From Candidatus Heimdallarchaeota archaeon (GTDB taxonomy: Archaea > Asgardarchaeota > Heimdallarchaeia > Heimdallarchaeales > Heimdallarchaeaceae): DNA of 32,000 nt. A model generated the notes under the pieces. It ran no database searches. It was not told the DNA's origin and saw only the letters and a program-made list of their open reading frames with translations. The DNA is taken from the NCBI GenBank assembly GCA_030668875.1, contig DAOVER010000002.1, positions 30,001 to 62,000 of the forward strand, written 5' to 3'. Shown here piece after piece: positions 1 through 8,867 of this stretch. A program made the position numbers and the translations under genes. Positions within the stretch are counted from its first letter, which is position 1, and each line of letters begins with the position of its first letter.

Positions 1-309
1 GGTGAGACTTCTTCAGATAATATGATTGAAGAAATATCTGATGGGATATTTGTTAATTCTACACAAGGATATATGACTGCAGACTATCATTCTGGAGCTT
101 TTAAGGTTTCAGCAAATGATGCCTACAAGATTTCCAATGGAGAAATTGTTGGTACTTTAGACACATTTGATATTATAGGTAATATGTATAAACTTTTATC
201 AAAAAACCCACTATTTTCCAAAGACAGAAGGGTTGTTCGTCCAAGTAATACTCCTTATAGTATTGTATCACCCTTTGTTGTAACTGATGAATTAACAATC
301 TTCCTTTAG
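1..309 (+). CDS. TldD/PmbA family metalloprotease/modulator, C-terminal fragment (5' end lies before the window)
   Basis: The frame is open from base 1 (GETSSDNMIEEISDGIFVN...SGAFKVSANDAYKISNGEIVG...IIGNMYKLL), matching the typical TldD/PmbA C-terminal domain. The ATG at 22 is internal. Confidence 0.8.
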   Translation, partial: GETSSDNMIEEISDGIFVNSTQGYMTADYHSGAFKVSANDAYKISNGEIVGTLDTFDIIGNMYKLLSKNPLFSKDRRVVRPSNTPYSIVSPFVVTDELTIFL

Positions 310-354
310 TCGTTTATTCATATATCTCTCAATTTTCTAGGAGAAAACAAGTTC

Positions 355-369
355 GAAAAAGTTTAAAAA
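355..369 (+). promoter_or_regulatory. Candidate archaeal BRE + TATA box for the surface protein gene
   Basis: Purine-rich cgaaaaag directly followed by tttaaaaa, about 40 nt upstream of ATG 410. Confidence 0.4.
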
Positions 370-409
370 TACAAATGCTTTCCCAACTTTGAATACAAAG
401 CCCAATTTA

Positions 410-1936
410 ATGGTGATTTCATTGGTAAAAAAACGAACATTCTCAGCTATCGCAATATTAGTATTAATGTTAAGTATGAGTATTATATCCCTTTCTCAAA
501 GTAAGATTGAACAAAATTCAACTCTACCCAGTTTCGATGCAGTATTGAGGCCTGTATTTGCTGGAGGAGATGATAACACAACAGTATTAGTTGCAAGAAA
601 TGATGCAGTACATAATGGATCTATAATAAAAGCTGAAGCACCTCTTTACTCTAATATGACTACAGATGTAACTATCTGGTACAAATATAATGGTGGAGAT
701 AATGAGTCAGCGCCTTTATTATTTGGTGATGAGGGTACAAATATTCCTGATGGTTTAAGCTGGGAAGATTCAACTTTAATGACCTATGACAACGAATCCA
801 CAGTTGAACTTGGTTTTAATGTTTATGCTTATTATAACTACACATTTAACCTGAACTCCTCTTTTATATCATTCTACGCAAGGTTTGGTGAATATGAAGA
901 TGATTTCAAAATACCCAATATTATCACAACAGGTGTATGGTTAGAATCCTATTTTGTTCAAGAAGAATACACCCAACATGAGGACATTGAGTTAGACATT
1001 ATCCTACATGATTATAATATCACCCAATATGGATTAATGTATAGAGAAGTAGAACCAACACATAGCCTCCCATTTGAGAATGTGACATACTCACTTTCTG
1101 ATGAAGGTGTTCAAGAAAATGTGACAGCAGCAATTGCTCATTCTTTTGAAGCTGGAACTGAATTAGAAATTAGAGCATTTATAGTTCAATATGATAATAT
1201 AACTTCAGAAAACAGAGTTCTACAAGAAAACAAAGTACGTTTAATTACTCTTGTTGATGGTAATCCAGAATTAAGTATAGATACAGAACTATTCACCAAT
1301 TCTAGAGAAATAAGCATTGATTGGTATGCTGAAGCAATTAACTCTAATATTACAGCTGTTGAAGTTGATTGGGATGACGGTACAGTTGTAGAATCTATTG
1401 CAAATGTATCAGTTTATACTATTCCTCACGAATATGCTAGTAGCGGAGAATACAATATTTTTGTAACTGCTTATGCAGGACTCGGAGCTACAACAGAAAA
1501 CATCACTGTACTAATTGAAACTACAGCGCCAACCGGGACTATTTTTATACTTGATGAAGAAGGAAATTCAATTGCACCAAATGCAACAGAAACTATTGAT
1601 ATTTTTGTTGAGAAAAAGGAACTTAAGTTCAATATTTCTGGCACTGACAACATAGGTGGAAGTGGTGTAGAAAAACTCATCATTGAAACCGATGAAGGTA
1701 ATGTAATTGAAAGTCCAGTGGACACAGTATTAACTATTCCATTCCTCAAATATGGTTTCCATGTTGTAACCTTCAAAATAGTTGATTTTGCAGGTAATGA
1801 ATATTCATTCATCATCTATGTAACCTTAATTGAAAAAGAATTATCAACTTATCCCGGTGTTCCATTTCCATTCGGGTTGGTCACCGTAATAGGTCTTATC
1901 GCTGTTACATTAATCTCTCTAAAGAAAAGAAGATAA
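410..1936 (+). CDS. Secreted, C-terminally anchored surface glycoprotein with a PKD/Ig-like domain
   Basis: N-terminal KKR + hydrophobic signal. PKD-like motif VDWDDGT...HEYASSGEYNIFVTA. About 17 N-x-S/T sequons. C-terminal YPGVPF + TM helix + KKRR. ATG 410 preferred over TTG 389. Confidence 0.8.
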   Translation: MVISLVKKRTFSAIAILVLMLSMSIISLSQSKIEQNSTLPSFDAVLRPVFAGGDDNTTVLVARNDAVHNGSIIKAEAPLYSNMTTDVTIWYKYNGGDNESAPLLFGDEGTNIPDGLSWEDSTLMTYDNESTVELGFNVYAYYNYTFNLNSSFISFYARFGEYEDDFKIPNIITTGVWLESYFVQEEYTQHEDIELDIILHDYNITQYGLMYREVEPTHSLPFENVTYSLSDEGVQENVTAAIAHSFEAGTELEIRAFIVQYDNITSENRVLQENKVRLITLVDGNPELSIDTELFTNSREISIDWYAEAINSNITAVEVDWDDGTVVESIANVSVYTIPHEYASSGEYNIFVTAYAGLGATTENITVLIETTAPTGTIFILDEEGNSIAPNATETIDIFVEKKELKFNISGTDNIGGSGVEKLIIETDEGNVIESPVDTVLTIPFLKYGFHVVTFKIVDFAGNEYSFIIYVTLIEKELSTYPGVPFPFGLVTVIGLIAVTLISLKKRR

Positions 1937-1975
1937 TCTCTTCTCTTTTTCTTTTGTAAACCCTTTTTAGTATCC
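1937..1975 (+). terminator. Oligo-T (archaeal-type) terminator candidate
   Basis: tctcttctctttttcttttg...ccctttttag immediately after the stop codon. Confidence 0.45.
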
Positions 1976-1994
1976 TTTGATTATATCTATTAGT

Positions 1995-2555
1995 ATGTCT
2001 AGTAATTTTGATCCTAACCAGATACTGAGTGAGGAAGAAATTGTAAAGTACTTACTTGAGTCGTTAGAGGACGAGAGAAAGGACTTTAGTATTTTCGCAA
2101 TCAGACAACTTAGACATTACCATTCAGCTAAGATTGTAGAGAGATTACTAAGAATAATAGAAGAAGAAGGAGATACTGATAAAAAAATTGCTGCCCTTGG
2201 TTCACTGCAAAAACGAAAACCCAATCTTTACGTGAAAGATATAGTCCTCAAACAATTACTATCTCCTGAGGAAGAATTGCGGACTGAAGCAGCCAATGTT
2301 CTCATAGAATATGATGAAAGCATAATCCCTGATTTAGAAGTAATATACAACAATGATTTGCCAAGTTATGCTGTAGATAAAATCGTCTGGTTACTGGGTA
2401 AGGTAGGAAATCCTGATACTTTGGCAATACTAAGTAAGTATAAAGAAACTATACAAAAAGAAAGCCAACCTACAATAGATGATGCAGTTGAGAGCATCAA
2501 AAGAAAGTACACTAAAATGATGTTCAAAGAAATAGAAAAAAAAGAACAAAAATAA
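1995..2555 (+). CDS. HEAT/PBS-lyase-like repeat protein
   Basis: Repeated helix pairs: VR-type ERKDFSIFAIRQL, KKIAALGSL, ELRTEAANVL, IVWLLGKVGNPDTLAIL. Confidence 0.7.
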   Translation: MSSNFDPNQILSEEEIVKYLLESLEDERKDFSIFAIRQLRHYHSAKIVERLLRIIEEEGDTDKKIAALGSLQKRKPNLYVKDIVLKQLLSPEEELRTEAANVLIEYDESIIPDLEVIYNNDLPSYAVDKIVWLLGKVGNPDTLAILSKYKETIQKESQPTIDDAVESIKRKYTKMMFKEIEKKEQK

Positions 2556-2942
2556 CTATCCTTTCCATGCAATTGCTGATATTTCAACATCAACATCTAG
2601 AGGTAATCTCGCAACTTCAATAGCTGCTCTCGCGGGAGGTTTCTCACCAAAAAATGATCCATAAACCTCATTCATTTGTTTAAATTCATCCATATTTTTC
2701 AGATACACCCTGCATCTTACTAAATCATCCATCGAATAACCTGCTTCTTCTACTATTGCTTTTAAGTTTTCCATGACCCTCTTAGTGGCATCTTGTATAT
2801 CGCCTCTAATAATTTCTCCTGTGGAAGGATTTGCAGGGATTTGTCCAGCAATGAATAAGAACTCACCAGCTTGAATAGCTTGTGAATATGGACCAACAGG
2901 AGATGGTGCATTTTCTGTTAAAATCACTTTTTTAGATGACAT
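2556..2942 (-). CDS. ridA: RidA/YjgF/UK114 family reactive intermediate (imine) deaminase
   Basis: [40 protein letters not shown] (catalytic Arg present), VEI. Confidence 0.95.
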   Translation of the reverse strand: MSSKKVILTENAPSPVGPYSQAIQAGEFLFIAGQIPANPSTGEIIRGDIQDATKRVMENLKAIVEEAGYSMDDLVRCRVYLKNMDEFKQMNEVYGSFFGEKPPARAAIEVARLPLDVDVEISAIAWKG

Positions 2943-2983
2943 GTCATATAGTTTGTTTCTGATATAATAAAAGTTATCCTAAA

Positions 2984-3859
2984 TCAACAATCTGTAAGAT
3001 TCTGAATAATTAAATAGATTAAACCCACTGCAAAATTAAGAACAATTCTATTTTTTCTTGTGCATTTTGCTTCAACAATGTCAACGTATTTCGCTTTAGG
3101 CAAGATGATTTTAATGACTTCCATCAATAATTGAGGAGTAAGTCCAAAAGGCTCTGCTGTTGCAAGAGTTGGTACAAAGGCTTGATCTAGAGAATCGAGG
3201 TCAATGGATAGGTATATTCGATCAAACATTTGAACAAAATTCTGTATGATGTCTAATGATTTACCCTTCTCAGAAAATAGTTTGTGTGTAGGTATAAATT
3301 CAACTTCATTATTTCTTAATTTCTCGTGTTCTAGTGAGTTTTGTGTATATGCATGACCCCCGACTAGGAGCATCTGATGTCCATCTAATTTCTTATCTTT
3401 CTTAAGATTAGCAAAAACGGTCCCATGTGAATAAAAAACGTTTTTTGGGTATTCATCATTTAGATCTGCGTGAGCATCTAGCCAAATAACTGCTGTTTTC
3501 TCGTCCCAAGGAGCAGCGGTAAGCATGTCATAAGTTATGCTGTGATCCCCACCTATGGCAATTAATTTGTTGTTATTGCTAGATATTATTTTCCAGAGCT
3601 GATTTAGTTTATCTACTTCCTGAATAGAATCAATGTCTCCTATGTCATACAAGCTAGTTTTGCATTTGGAAATATCAAATTCAGAAGAAATTCCACTAAA
3701 CTCAAGTGACTGTTTTCGAATTTCTTTTGGAGCTTTTCTGGAACCGCCAGGAGTAGTCTTTGCTTTTTCTATAGGAACTCCTACTAATATGACTGAATCC
3801 TTCTCATCAAAATTAGAGAAATCTTTTACTGGATAAAAACCAACAAATGTCCTAGTCAT
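2984..3859 (-). CDS. speB: Agmatinase / arginase (ureohydrolase) family protein
   Basis: All Mn-ligand motifs present: GGDHS, DAHAD, SHGT, SIDLDSLD. Also the PGGSRKAP..IR motif and the ...AEPFG motif. Confidence 0.8.
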   Translation of the reverse strand: MTRTFVGFYPVKDFSNFDEKDSVILVGVPIEKAKTTPGGSRKAPKEIRKQSLEFSGISSEFDISKCKTSLYDIGDIDSIQEVDKLNQLWKIISSNNNKLIAIGGDHSITYDMLTAAPWDEKTAVIWLDAHADLNDEYPKNVFYSHGTVFANLKKDKKLDGHQMLLVGGHAYTQNSLEHEKLRNNEVEFIPTHKLFSEKGKSLDIIQNFVQMFDRIYLSIDLDSLDQAFVPTLATAEPFGLTPQLLMEVIKIILPKAKYVDIVEAKCTRKNRIVLNFAVGLIYLIIQNLTDC

Positions 3860-3908
3860 CTTCTTTCTTTCCTATGTTTGAAATATCTTAAAGAGTACGT
3901 TGATATAA

Positions 3909-6413
3909 CTATTTCTCACGAAGATAGTAATCTGGTGATGCAACAAACCTTTTGTCCTCGTCAACATCTCCTTCTTCAATATCTGATGTTATCTCATCCA
4001 TTATTTCCTTATCACTGATATCTGCAAGAATCTTTTGTTTGTCAACTGTGATAATTCGATCTAGGTCTATGGTTCTGGGTTTGAATTTAGTCATTGTTTC
4101 TTCAATTTCCTCAATTTTAGAAATCTTTCCTATGAGATTCATAAAGGTCATAACCATATCTGGTCGAAGTGCTACCTGTGGAGCGATACTCATGAGTTTT
4201 CCAATTGAAATCGCTAAATTATCAATGAAATTTTTATCCTTTTCAAACAATGTCTCAGGGTTGGAATCAATGAACGAAGCAATAAGCAACAAATCAATTG
4301 ATGTCCATAAGTTTAGTACAGGTTTCTCTTTGAGTTCTAAATTATGAATAACTCCAAGCTCAGTACCTTTTACATTCTCAACAACCTTTCCTCGGATATC
4401 AAAAACATCAGATATGGTGAATTTTTGTGCTCCATAGTCTAGTAAAATATAGTCACTTACAATTTTTAAATTCCCAACAGAGTACAAATCATATCTTGAG
4501 CTCTCAACTATATCCGGCAAGATACCGGTGTTTTTTTCTACTAATATTTTCTTTAGAAGCTCAGGATTCTCGATATCTTCTGCAGACATACCAAATTCTT
4601 TAGATAATTCATCAATGACAATTTTCTTTTTATCTGCTGATAGAATTTCTGTCTCATCAGTTGAAATATTTGCATAGAGAAAATCATGAATGAAATCGAA
4701 TAGAAAGTCAGATAAGTTCAATCTTCTAGATACAAGAAAATAACCTTTGCTTGGATGGTGAATAACTGAATTAGCTGATCCAACAGTGTGATTAAATATG
4801 TTTTTAATCTTTAAATCCTGTTTTTCCATAAGTAAACTAGTGAAATTATTGCTTTCAGTAGGATTATAGTATGGCAATAAATAACCATTTAGTAGAATAT
4901 TTTCATTTTTTATTCTGATTTCACGTTGAGTTTTTGAGGTAGATTCAAGTGGAACAAAAAGATAATTATCTGGTTGGCGCATAACTTTCTTTAGTTCTTC
5001 AGTTAATTCCACATTCTTCTTAGTACAATACTCAATTATTATCTCAGGTATGAGAAAATTAAATGGAACTTGAGGAAGAGTATTTATTAATTCTTTCAAG
5101 ATATATTCTTTCTTATCTTCTTCAGTTTCTTGACGTTCTGACCCCTCTGGAGATAAAATATTGTCATAAATTCTTCTTATCATAGATAAGGAGATCTCTT
5201 GCTGTTGAAGAATTAGTATTCCATACTTTTCATTAAGTTTAGCTGGTCCAATTAGGAAGCCAACTAAGTCATTTTGCTCATCAATTACAGGTTTTCCTGT
5301 AAACTTCCAAAGTGTTCTTAATTCGGATAAGACCATATAGTCCAAATCTTTGGTTTCAGTACTGGTTGCTATGGAAACTTTGTTTCTCATTTGCTGAAAA
5401 CTAACGACTTCACTATAATTTTGTATCCTAGTTTCTATATCAATAGCTAAATCTTTGAAATACGGAGTAACGATTTCTTGAAAACGCAGATGCTCTCCAT
5501 ATATCTGATCCATTGCGTCTATGTCACGTGTATAATCATTAATGTCATCATCAAGAAGTTCTTCATAGATGTCAAACTGCTTCATATCTCGCTTCATAAT
5601 TTCTTTCTGTTTTTGAGTAAGATTTTCTTTATTTATTTCGTAAAAAAGAGTGAATCTTTCTTTCTCTTGTTGAATCTCCGTCTTCCATTTGAGAGTATCT
5701 TGAGCTGCTTTACGAAGAATCGGTCTGTTACGGAGAACTCTATCATTAATTTCGAAAATAATCCCTTTCAGTTCAGGTTTATCTGTTTCTAATCTTCTTA
5801 AACGGTTAATATTTTCGCTAAGTTCATTGTTAAAGAGGAGGAAATTGTTGTGAGTATTTTTGAACAGATGATCTTTAGAAACAGAAAAAAGGAGTTCAGA
5901 TAATTTGTAGAAATGCTGGAATATCTTGTGTTGTTTAGCTTCTACTTCATTTTTACTTGTCATATATTCTTGATCGTCTAATTTTCCAGAAACATAGTCT
6001 TGTTCTAAATTCATTTCCTCTTCAAAGGTTTTAGTAGCCGCCTTAATGGCCATATTCATAACGTAACGTACTTTTAATTCTTCAATTTCAAGAACTGGAA
6101 TACTCTTTAACTCTATACTAGGTAGTTCTAGAGTTCTTTGAGGAACTGATGGGGGGGATGTGTCAACTACTACTCTGTCAATCTGTTGAATATCTGATTC
6201 TAGTTCTGGAAGAGATTTCTTTGTTTCTTCGATTTTTTGTGTTTCTTCATCAGATTTCAATGATGTTGGAAGACCTGTAAGGATTTCTTGATATTTGTTC
6301 TTCAGAGTTTGATAGGTTCTCCTATCTATTGACCCTCGAATATAACGAAGATCTAAATCTCTAATGAATCGTAGAATTCTACGCTTCTTAACTGTGGATT
6401 CTTCAGCAGACAT
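3909..6413 (-). CDS. Large uncharacterised protein: SHOCT-like motifs, long coiled coil and three PRC-barrel-like repeats with helical inserts
   Basis: 834-aa ORF. Repeat starts FTGKPVIDEQNDLVG, KIKNIFNHTVG and IRGKVVENVKGTELG. Repeat ends FVPLES..REIRI, YSVGNLKIVSDYILL and IDLDRIITVDKQKIL. Confidence 0.65.
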   Translation of the reverse strand: MSAEESTVKKRRILRFIRDLDLRYIRGSIDRRTYQTLKNKYQEILTGLPTSLKSDEETQKIEETKKSLPELESDIQQIDRVVVDTSPPSVPQRTLELPSIELKSIPVLEIEELKVRYVMNMAIKAATKTFEEEMNLEQDYVSGKLDDQEYMTSKNEVEAKQHKIFQHFYKLSELLFSVSKDHLFKNTHNNFLLFNNELSENINRLRRLETDKPELKGIIFEINDRVLRNRPILRKAAQDTLKWKTEIQQEKERFTLFYEINKENLTQKQKEIMKRDMKQFDIYEELLDDDINDYTRDIDAMDQIYGEHLRFQEIVTPYFKDLAIDIETRIQNYSEVVSFQQMRNKVSIATSTETKDLDYMVLSELRTLWKFTGKPVIDEQNDLVGFLIGPAKLNEKYGILILQQQEISLSMIRRIYDNILSPEGSERQETEEDKKEYILKELINTLPQVPFNFLIPEIIIEYCTKKNVELTEELKKVMRQPDNYLFVPLESTSKTQREIRIKNENILLNGYLLPYYNPTESNNFTSLLMEKQDLKIKNIFNHTVGSANSVIHHPSKGYFLVSRRLNLSDFLFDFIHDFLYANISTDETEILSADKKKIVIDELSKEFGMSAEDIENPELLKKILVEKNTGILPDIVESSRYDLYSVGNLKIVSDYILLDYGAQKFTISDVFDIRGKVVENVKGTELGVIHNLELKEKPVLNLWTSIDLLLIASFIDSNPETLFEKDKNFIDNLAISIGKLMSIAPQVALRPDMVMTFMNLIGKISKIEEIEETMTKFKPRTIDLDRIITVDKQKILADISDKEIMDEITSDIEEGDVDEDKRFVASPDYYLREK

Positions 6414-6613
6414 TATAAATAAAGTAAAGTGACTACACCTAAAAATATGTTCCTAAACATCTGAAGAAAATACATCGAATTTTTTAGTTGAATTTCTCAA
6501 TATTTAATGAAGCATTAGTAATGAGCTCATAAGCTTAACACCTAAGAAAGAATAGATTTCGAAGACTTATGTAAATTCTTTTAAATTCCTCATTTCCTTT
6601 GTTTTTGTTATTA

Positions 6614-7297
6614 ATGGAAACTGTATCTATAATTCTATTAATGTTATTAATTTTCTTTTCTTTATTGCATCTACTAGGTGAATTCCTTGTTGATATTGGA
6701 AAAGAGAAATTCATAGTTGTTAGATATCTTACAAAACCCTTTCTCATGCCATTACTTCTATTATTCTATGTTATTGGGAACGTCAATATCAATTGGTTAA
6801 TCAGTAGTGCTATAATTGGTGGATTTGTTGGTGACATCTTCTTGATGCTTCCTGATCCTGAGAAAACTCGCAAATGGTTAAGAGTAGGTCTAGTTTCCTT
6901 TCTTTTAGGACATTTGTTATACATTTCTGCTTTTATCTATATAGCAGGAAACTTTGTTCATTTTGTATGGTGGAGTGTTTTACTTGCGATACCTTTTGTA
7001 ATTGCAATGGTTATAATCCATCCACGTTTGACTAAACATACTGGTAAAATGACAACAGCTGTAACTATATACACTATTGTAATTGGGTTAATGGGAATAA
7101 GCACAACCCTTCTTTTTGGCTATGGAACATTAGAAGGGATAATACTTCTATATGTAGGAGCATGGTTGTTTATAATTTCTGATATACTAAATGGATATGC
7201 AAAATTTGTAACTGTGTTTAAGTATGAACGAGTAATTACGATGTTTACATATATTGCAGGTCAACTAATGATTGTACTTGGCGTTATATTTCTATAG
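6614..7297 (+). CDS. Lysoplasmalogenase-like membrane protein (YhhN/TMEM86 family)
   Basis: About 8 TM segments with family motifs TKPFLMP, GDIFLM, GLVSFLLGHLLYI, FIISD and TYIAGQ. Confidence 0.9.
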   Translation: METVSIILLMLLIFFSLLHLLGEFLVDIGKEKFIVVRYLTKPFLMPLLLLFYVIGNVNINWLISSAIIGGFVGDIFLMLPDPEKTRKWLRVGLVSFLLGHLLYISAFIYIAGNFVHFVWWSVLLAIPFVIAMVIIHPRLTKHTGKMTTAVTIYTIVIGLMGISTTLLFGYGTLEGIILLYVGAWLFIISDILNGYAKFVTVFKYERVITMFTYIAGQLMIVLGVIFL

Positions 7298-7425
7298 ATC
7301 AACATTATCTTTGTTTCTTTTCAAGTATAACAAGCGTTGAACATCAGTTATCAGATTGTTTTTACCTACTAATATTGAGTAAGATTTAAGCACTAAGAAA
7401 TCTAATATTACTTTGATGAAATAGT

Positions 7426-7986
7426 ATGCCTGATTTAGCAACACATTTTGGATTATCTCTACTAATTAATATGGCAATCTTTGGAAGAAAAGAAAAAAAA
7501 CAGTGGTTATGGATAATTCTTTTATCCCCTCTGTCTGTCTATCACGATATAGATATCTTGCTTAAGCATAGAGTTATTTTACATTCTTTTTTTATTCAAG
7601 CTTTAGTTGTTGTAGCTGTTTATCTCCTAACAAAAAGAAATCTTTTCTTCACTGGAGTTGTCGCTGTATATGTTTTTAGCCATATATTAATGGACATGAG
7701 TCAGTTTTATGTTGCTTGTTTTTGGCCATTATCTGATGGTGTCTTTTCTTTCCATTTTGATATATTCGTAAATATGTCTGACCCTTCTATGATTGATTCT
7801 GATATTTCTGGGAATTTTGAGAACAATTTTCCTAGTACAGGACTTGAACAATGGGGAACTCTAATCTCCACTTTAGGGCTGATGATGTCTTTTTGCGCTG
7901 TTCTAGTATGGATTATATACTTTTACAGATTGTCAAAAGATGATAAGAAAAAAATAGTCACAAAAACTGGTAGTAAATTAGTTTAG
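7426..7986 (+). CDS. Membrane-bound metal-dependent hydrolase (YdjM/YbcI-like)
   Basis: MPDLATH, DID...HR..LHS and SHILMD metal-binding motifs, plus TM segments. Confidence 0.85.
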   Translation: MPDLATHFGLSLLINMAIFGRKEKKQWLWIILLSPLSVYHDIDILLKHRVILHSFFIQALVVVAVYLLTKRNLFFTGVVAVYVFSHILMDMSQFYVACFWPLSDGVFSFHFDIFVNMSDPSMIDSDISGNFENNFPSTGLEQWGTLISTLGLMMSFCAVLVWIIYFYRLSKDDKKKIVTKTGSKLV

Positions 7987-7990
7987 ACTC

Positions 7991-7998
7991 TTTATATA
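7991..7998 (+). promoter_or_regulatory. TATA box candidate (tttatata) for the profilin transcript
   Basis: Consensus-like TATA in the intergenic region, about 180 nt upstream of the profilin ATG. Confidence 0.4.
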
Positions 7999-8035
7999 AT
8001 TAAGAGGTTCACGAGTGTTCGGAGATTTCTAACCA

Positions 8036-8098
8036 ATGGATCTTGGAAGAGTTGGATGGATTGGATATTTGCGAACTGGTATGGAATGTAAAAAGTAA
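8036..8098 (+). CDS. Possible 20-aa upstream small ORF (MDLGRVGWIGYLRTGMECKK)
   Basis: ATG..TAA frame preceded by ggag at 8021-8024 and lying downstream of the TATA candidate. No homology evidence. Confidence 0.2.
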   Translation: MDLGRVGWIGYLRTGMECKK

Positions 8099-8176
8099 TA
8101 TAAGAAGAGAATTACCTTAAGAGAAAAAATAAAATAGAGGAAGAAAAAATATAGTATGAAATTAAGGTGATTTAAA

Positions 8177-8536
8177 ATGAGCTTTGAAGAAGAAGTAGAA
8201 AAATTAGGACAAGAGGGAACAATAGGAGTAGCGTGGTTGGTAGGAGACGATTTAAAGGTATATTACCAGTTTGGAGATTGGCCTGTTGATCCTTTAATAC
8301 CTTTCAACGCTTGGAAGAACCAAACTCATGCTGTTGATTTTGGTGGAGGTCTGAAATTTACTGTTATTACTATGACTCCAGAAAGACTTATCTCCACCAA
8401 TTTGGGTGGTCAAGGACATATTTGCATTGCACGATGTCCTAAGTGGAATGGTTGTGTGATTGTATGGTCTCCAAAAGATATTGAGAAGAACTATGCATAT
8501 GCATCTACTGCACGTTTAGCCGCAAAAGTGGGATAG
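8177..8536 (+). CDS. Asgard-type profilin (actin monomer-binding protein)
   Basis: 119 aa with a profilin pattern: VYYQFGDW..., FTVITMTPERLISTNLGGQGHI, C-terminal helix YASTARLAAK. It resembles Asgard profilins as I recall them (TPERLvaTN..gkGH). A strong GGTGA SD precedes it. Confidence 0.85.
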   Translation: MSFEEEVEKLGQEGTIGVAWLVGDDLKVYYQFGDWPVDPLIPFNAWKNQTHAVDFGGGLKFTVITMTPERLISTNLGGQGHICIARCPKWNGCVIVWSPKDIEKNYAYASTARLAAKVG

Positions 8537-8564
8537 AAAACAACACCCCCTTTAAGGTGTTTTT

Positions 8565-8867
8565 ATGACAACTCCTTCTTTTATTTCTGAAAAGACTGAT
8601 TTTTTGTTGATTACTCTTAATGTTCATCCTAGTTCAACTCAGAAGAAAATTTTGATTACTGAACATGCTTTTGATATTTATGTTAAGGAACCTCCTGATA
8701 AAGGAAAAGCAAATAAGGCTGTTATCAAATTTCTTTCTAAGTATTTTGATATCTCTAGCTCATCTTTTTCAATTGTTAAAGGACATAAATCCAAAATAAA
8801 AGTTGTATCTGTTACTGATGATAAAATGGAAGGAGTGAAAAAAACAATTATAGGAGTTATTAATTAA
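8565..8867 (+). CDS. DUF167/YggU (UPF0235) family protein
   Basis: VHPSS, VKEPPDKGKANKAVIKFLSKYF and IVKGHKSKIK motifs. Confidence 0.92.
   Translation: MTTPSFISEKTDFLLITLNVHPSSTQKKILITEHAFDIYVKEPPDKGKANKAVIKFLSKYFDISSSSFSIVKGHKSKIKVVSVTDDKMEGVKKTIIGVIN

Noticed and set aside
6535-6747. 70-aa minus-strand ORF overlapping the YhhN gene start
   Set aside because: It is antisense to a hydrophobic coding region, with no motif or SD support.
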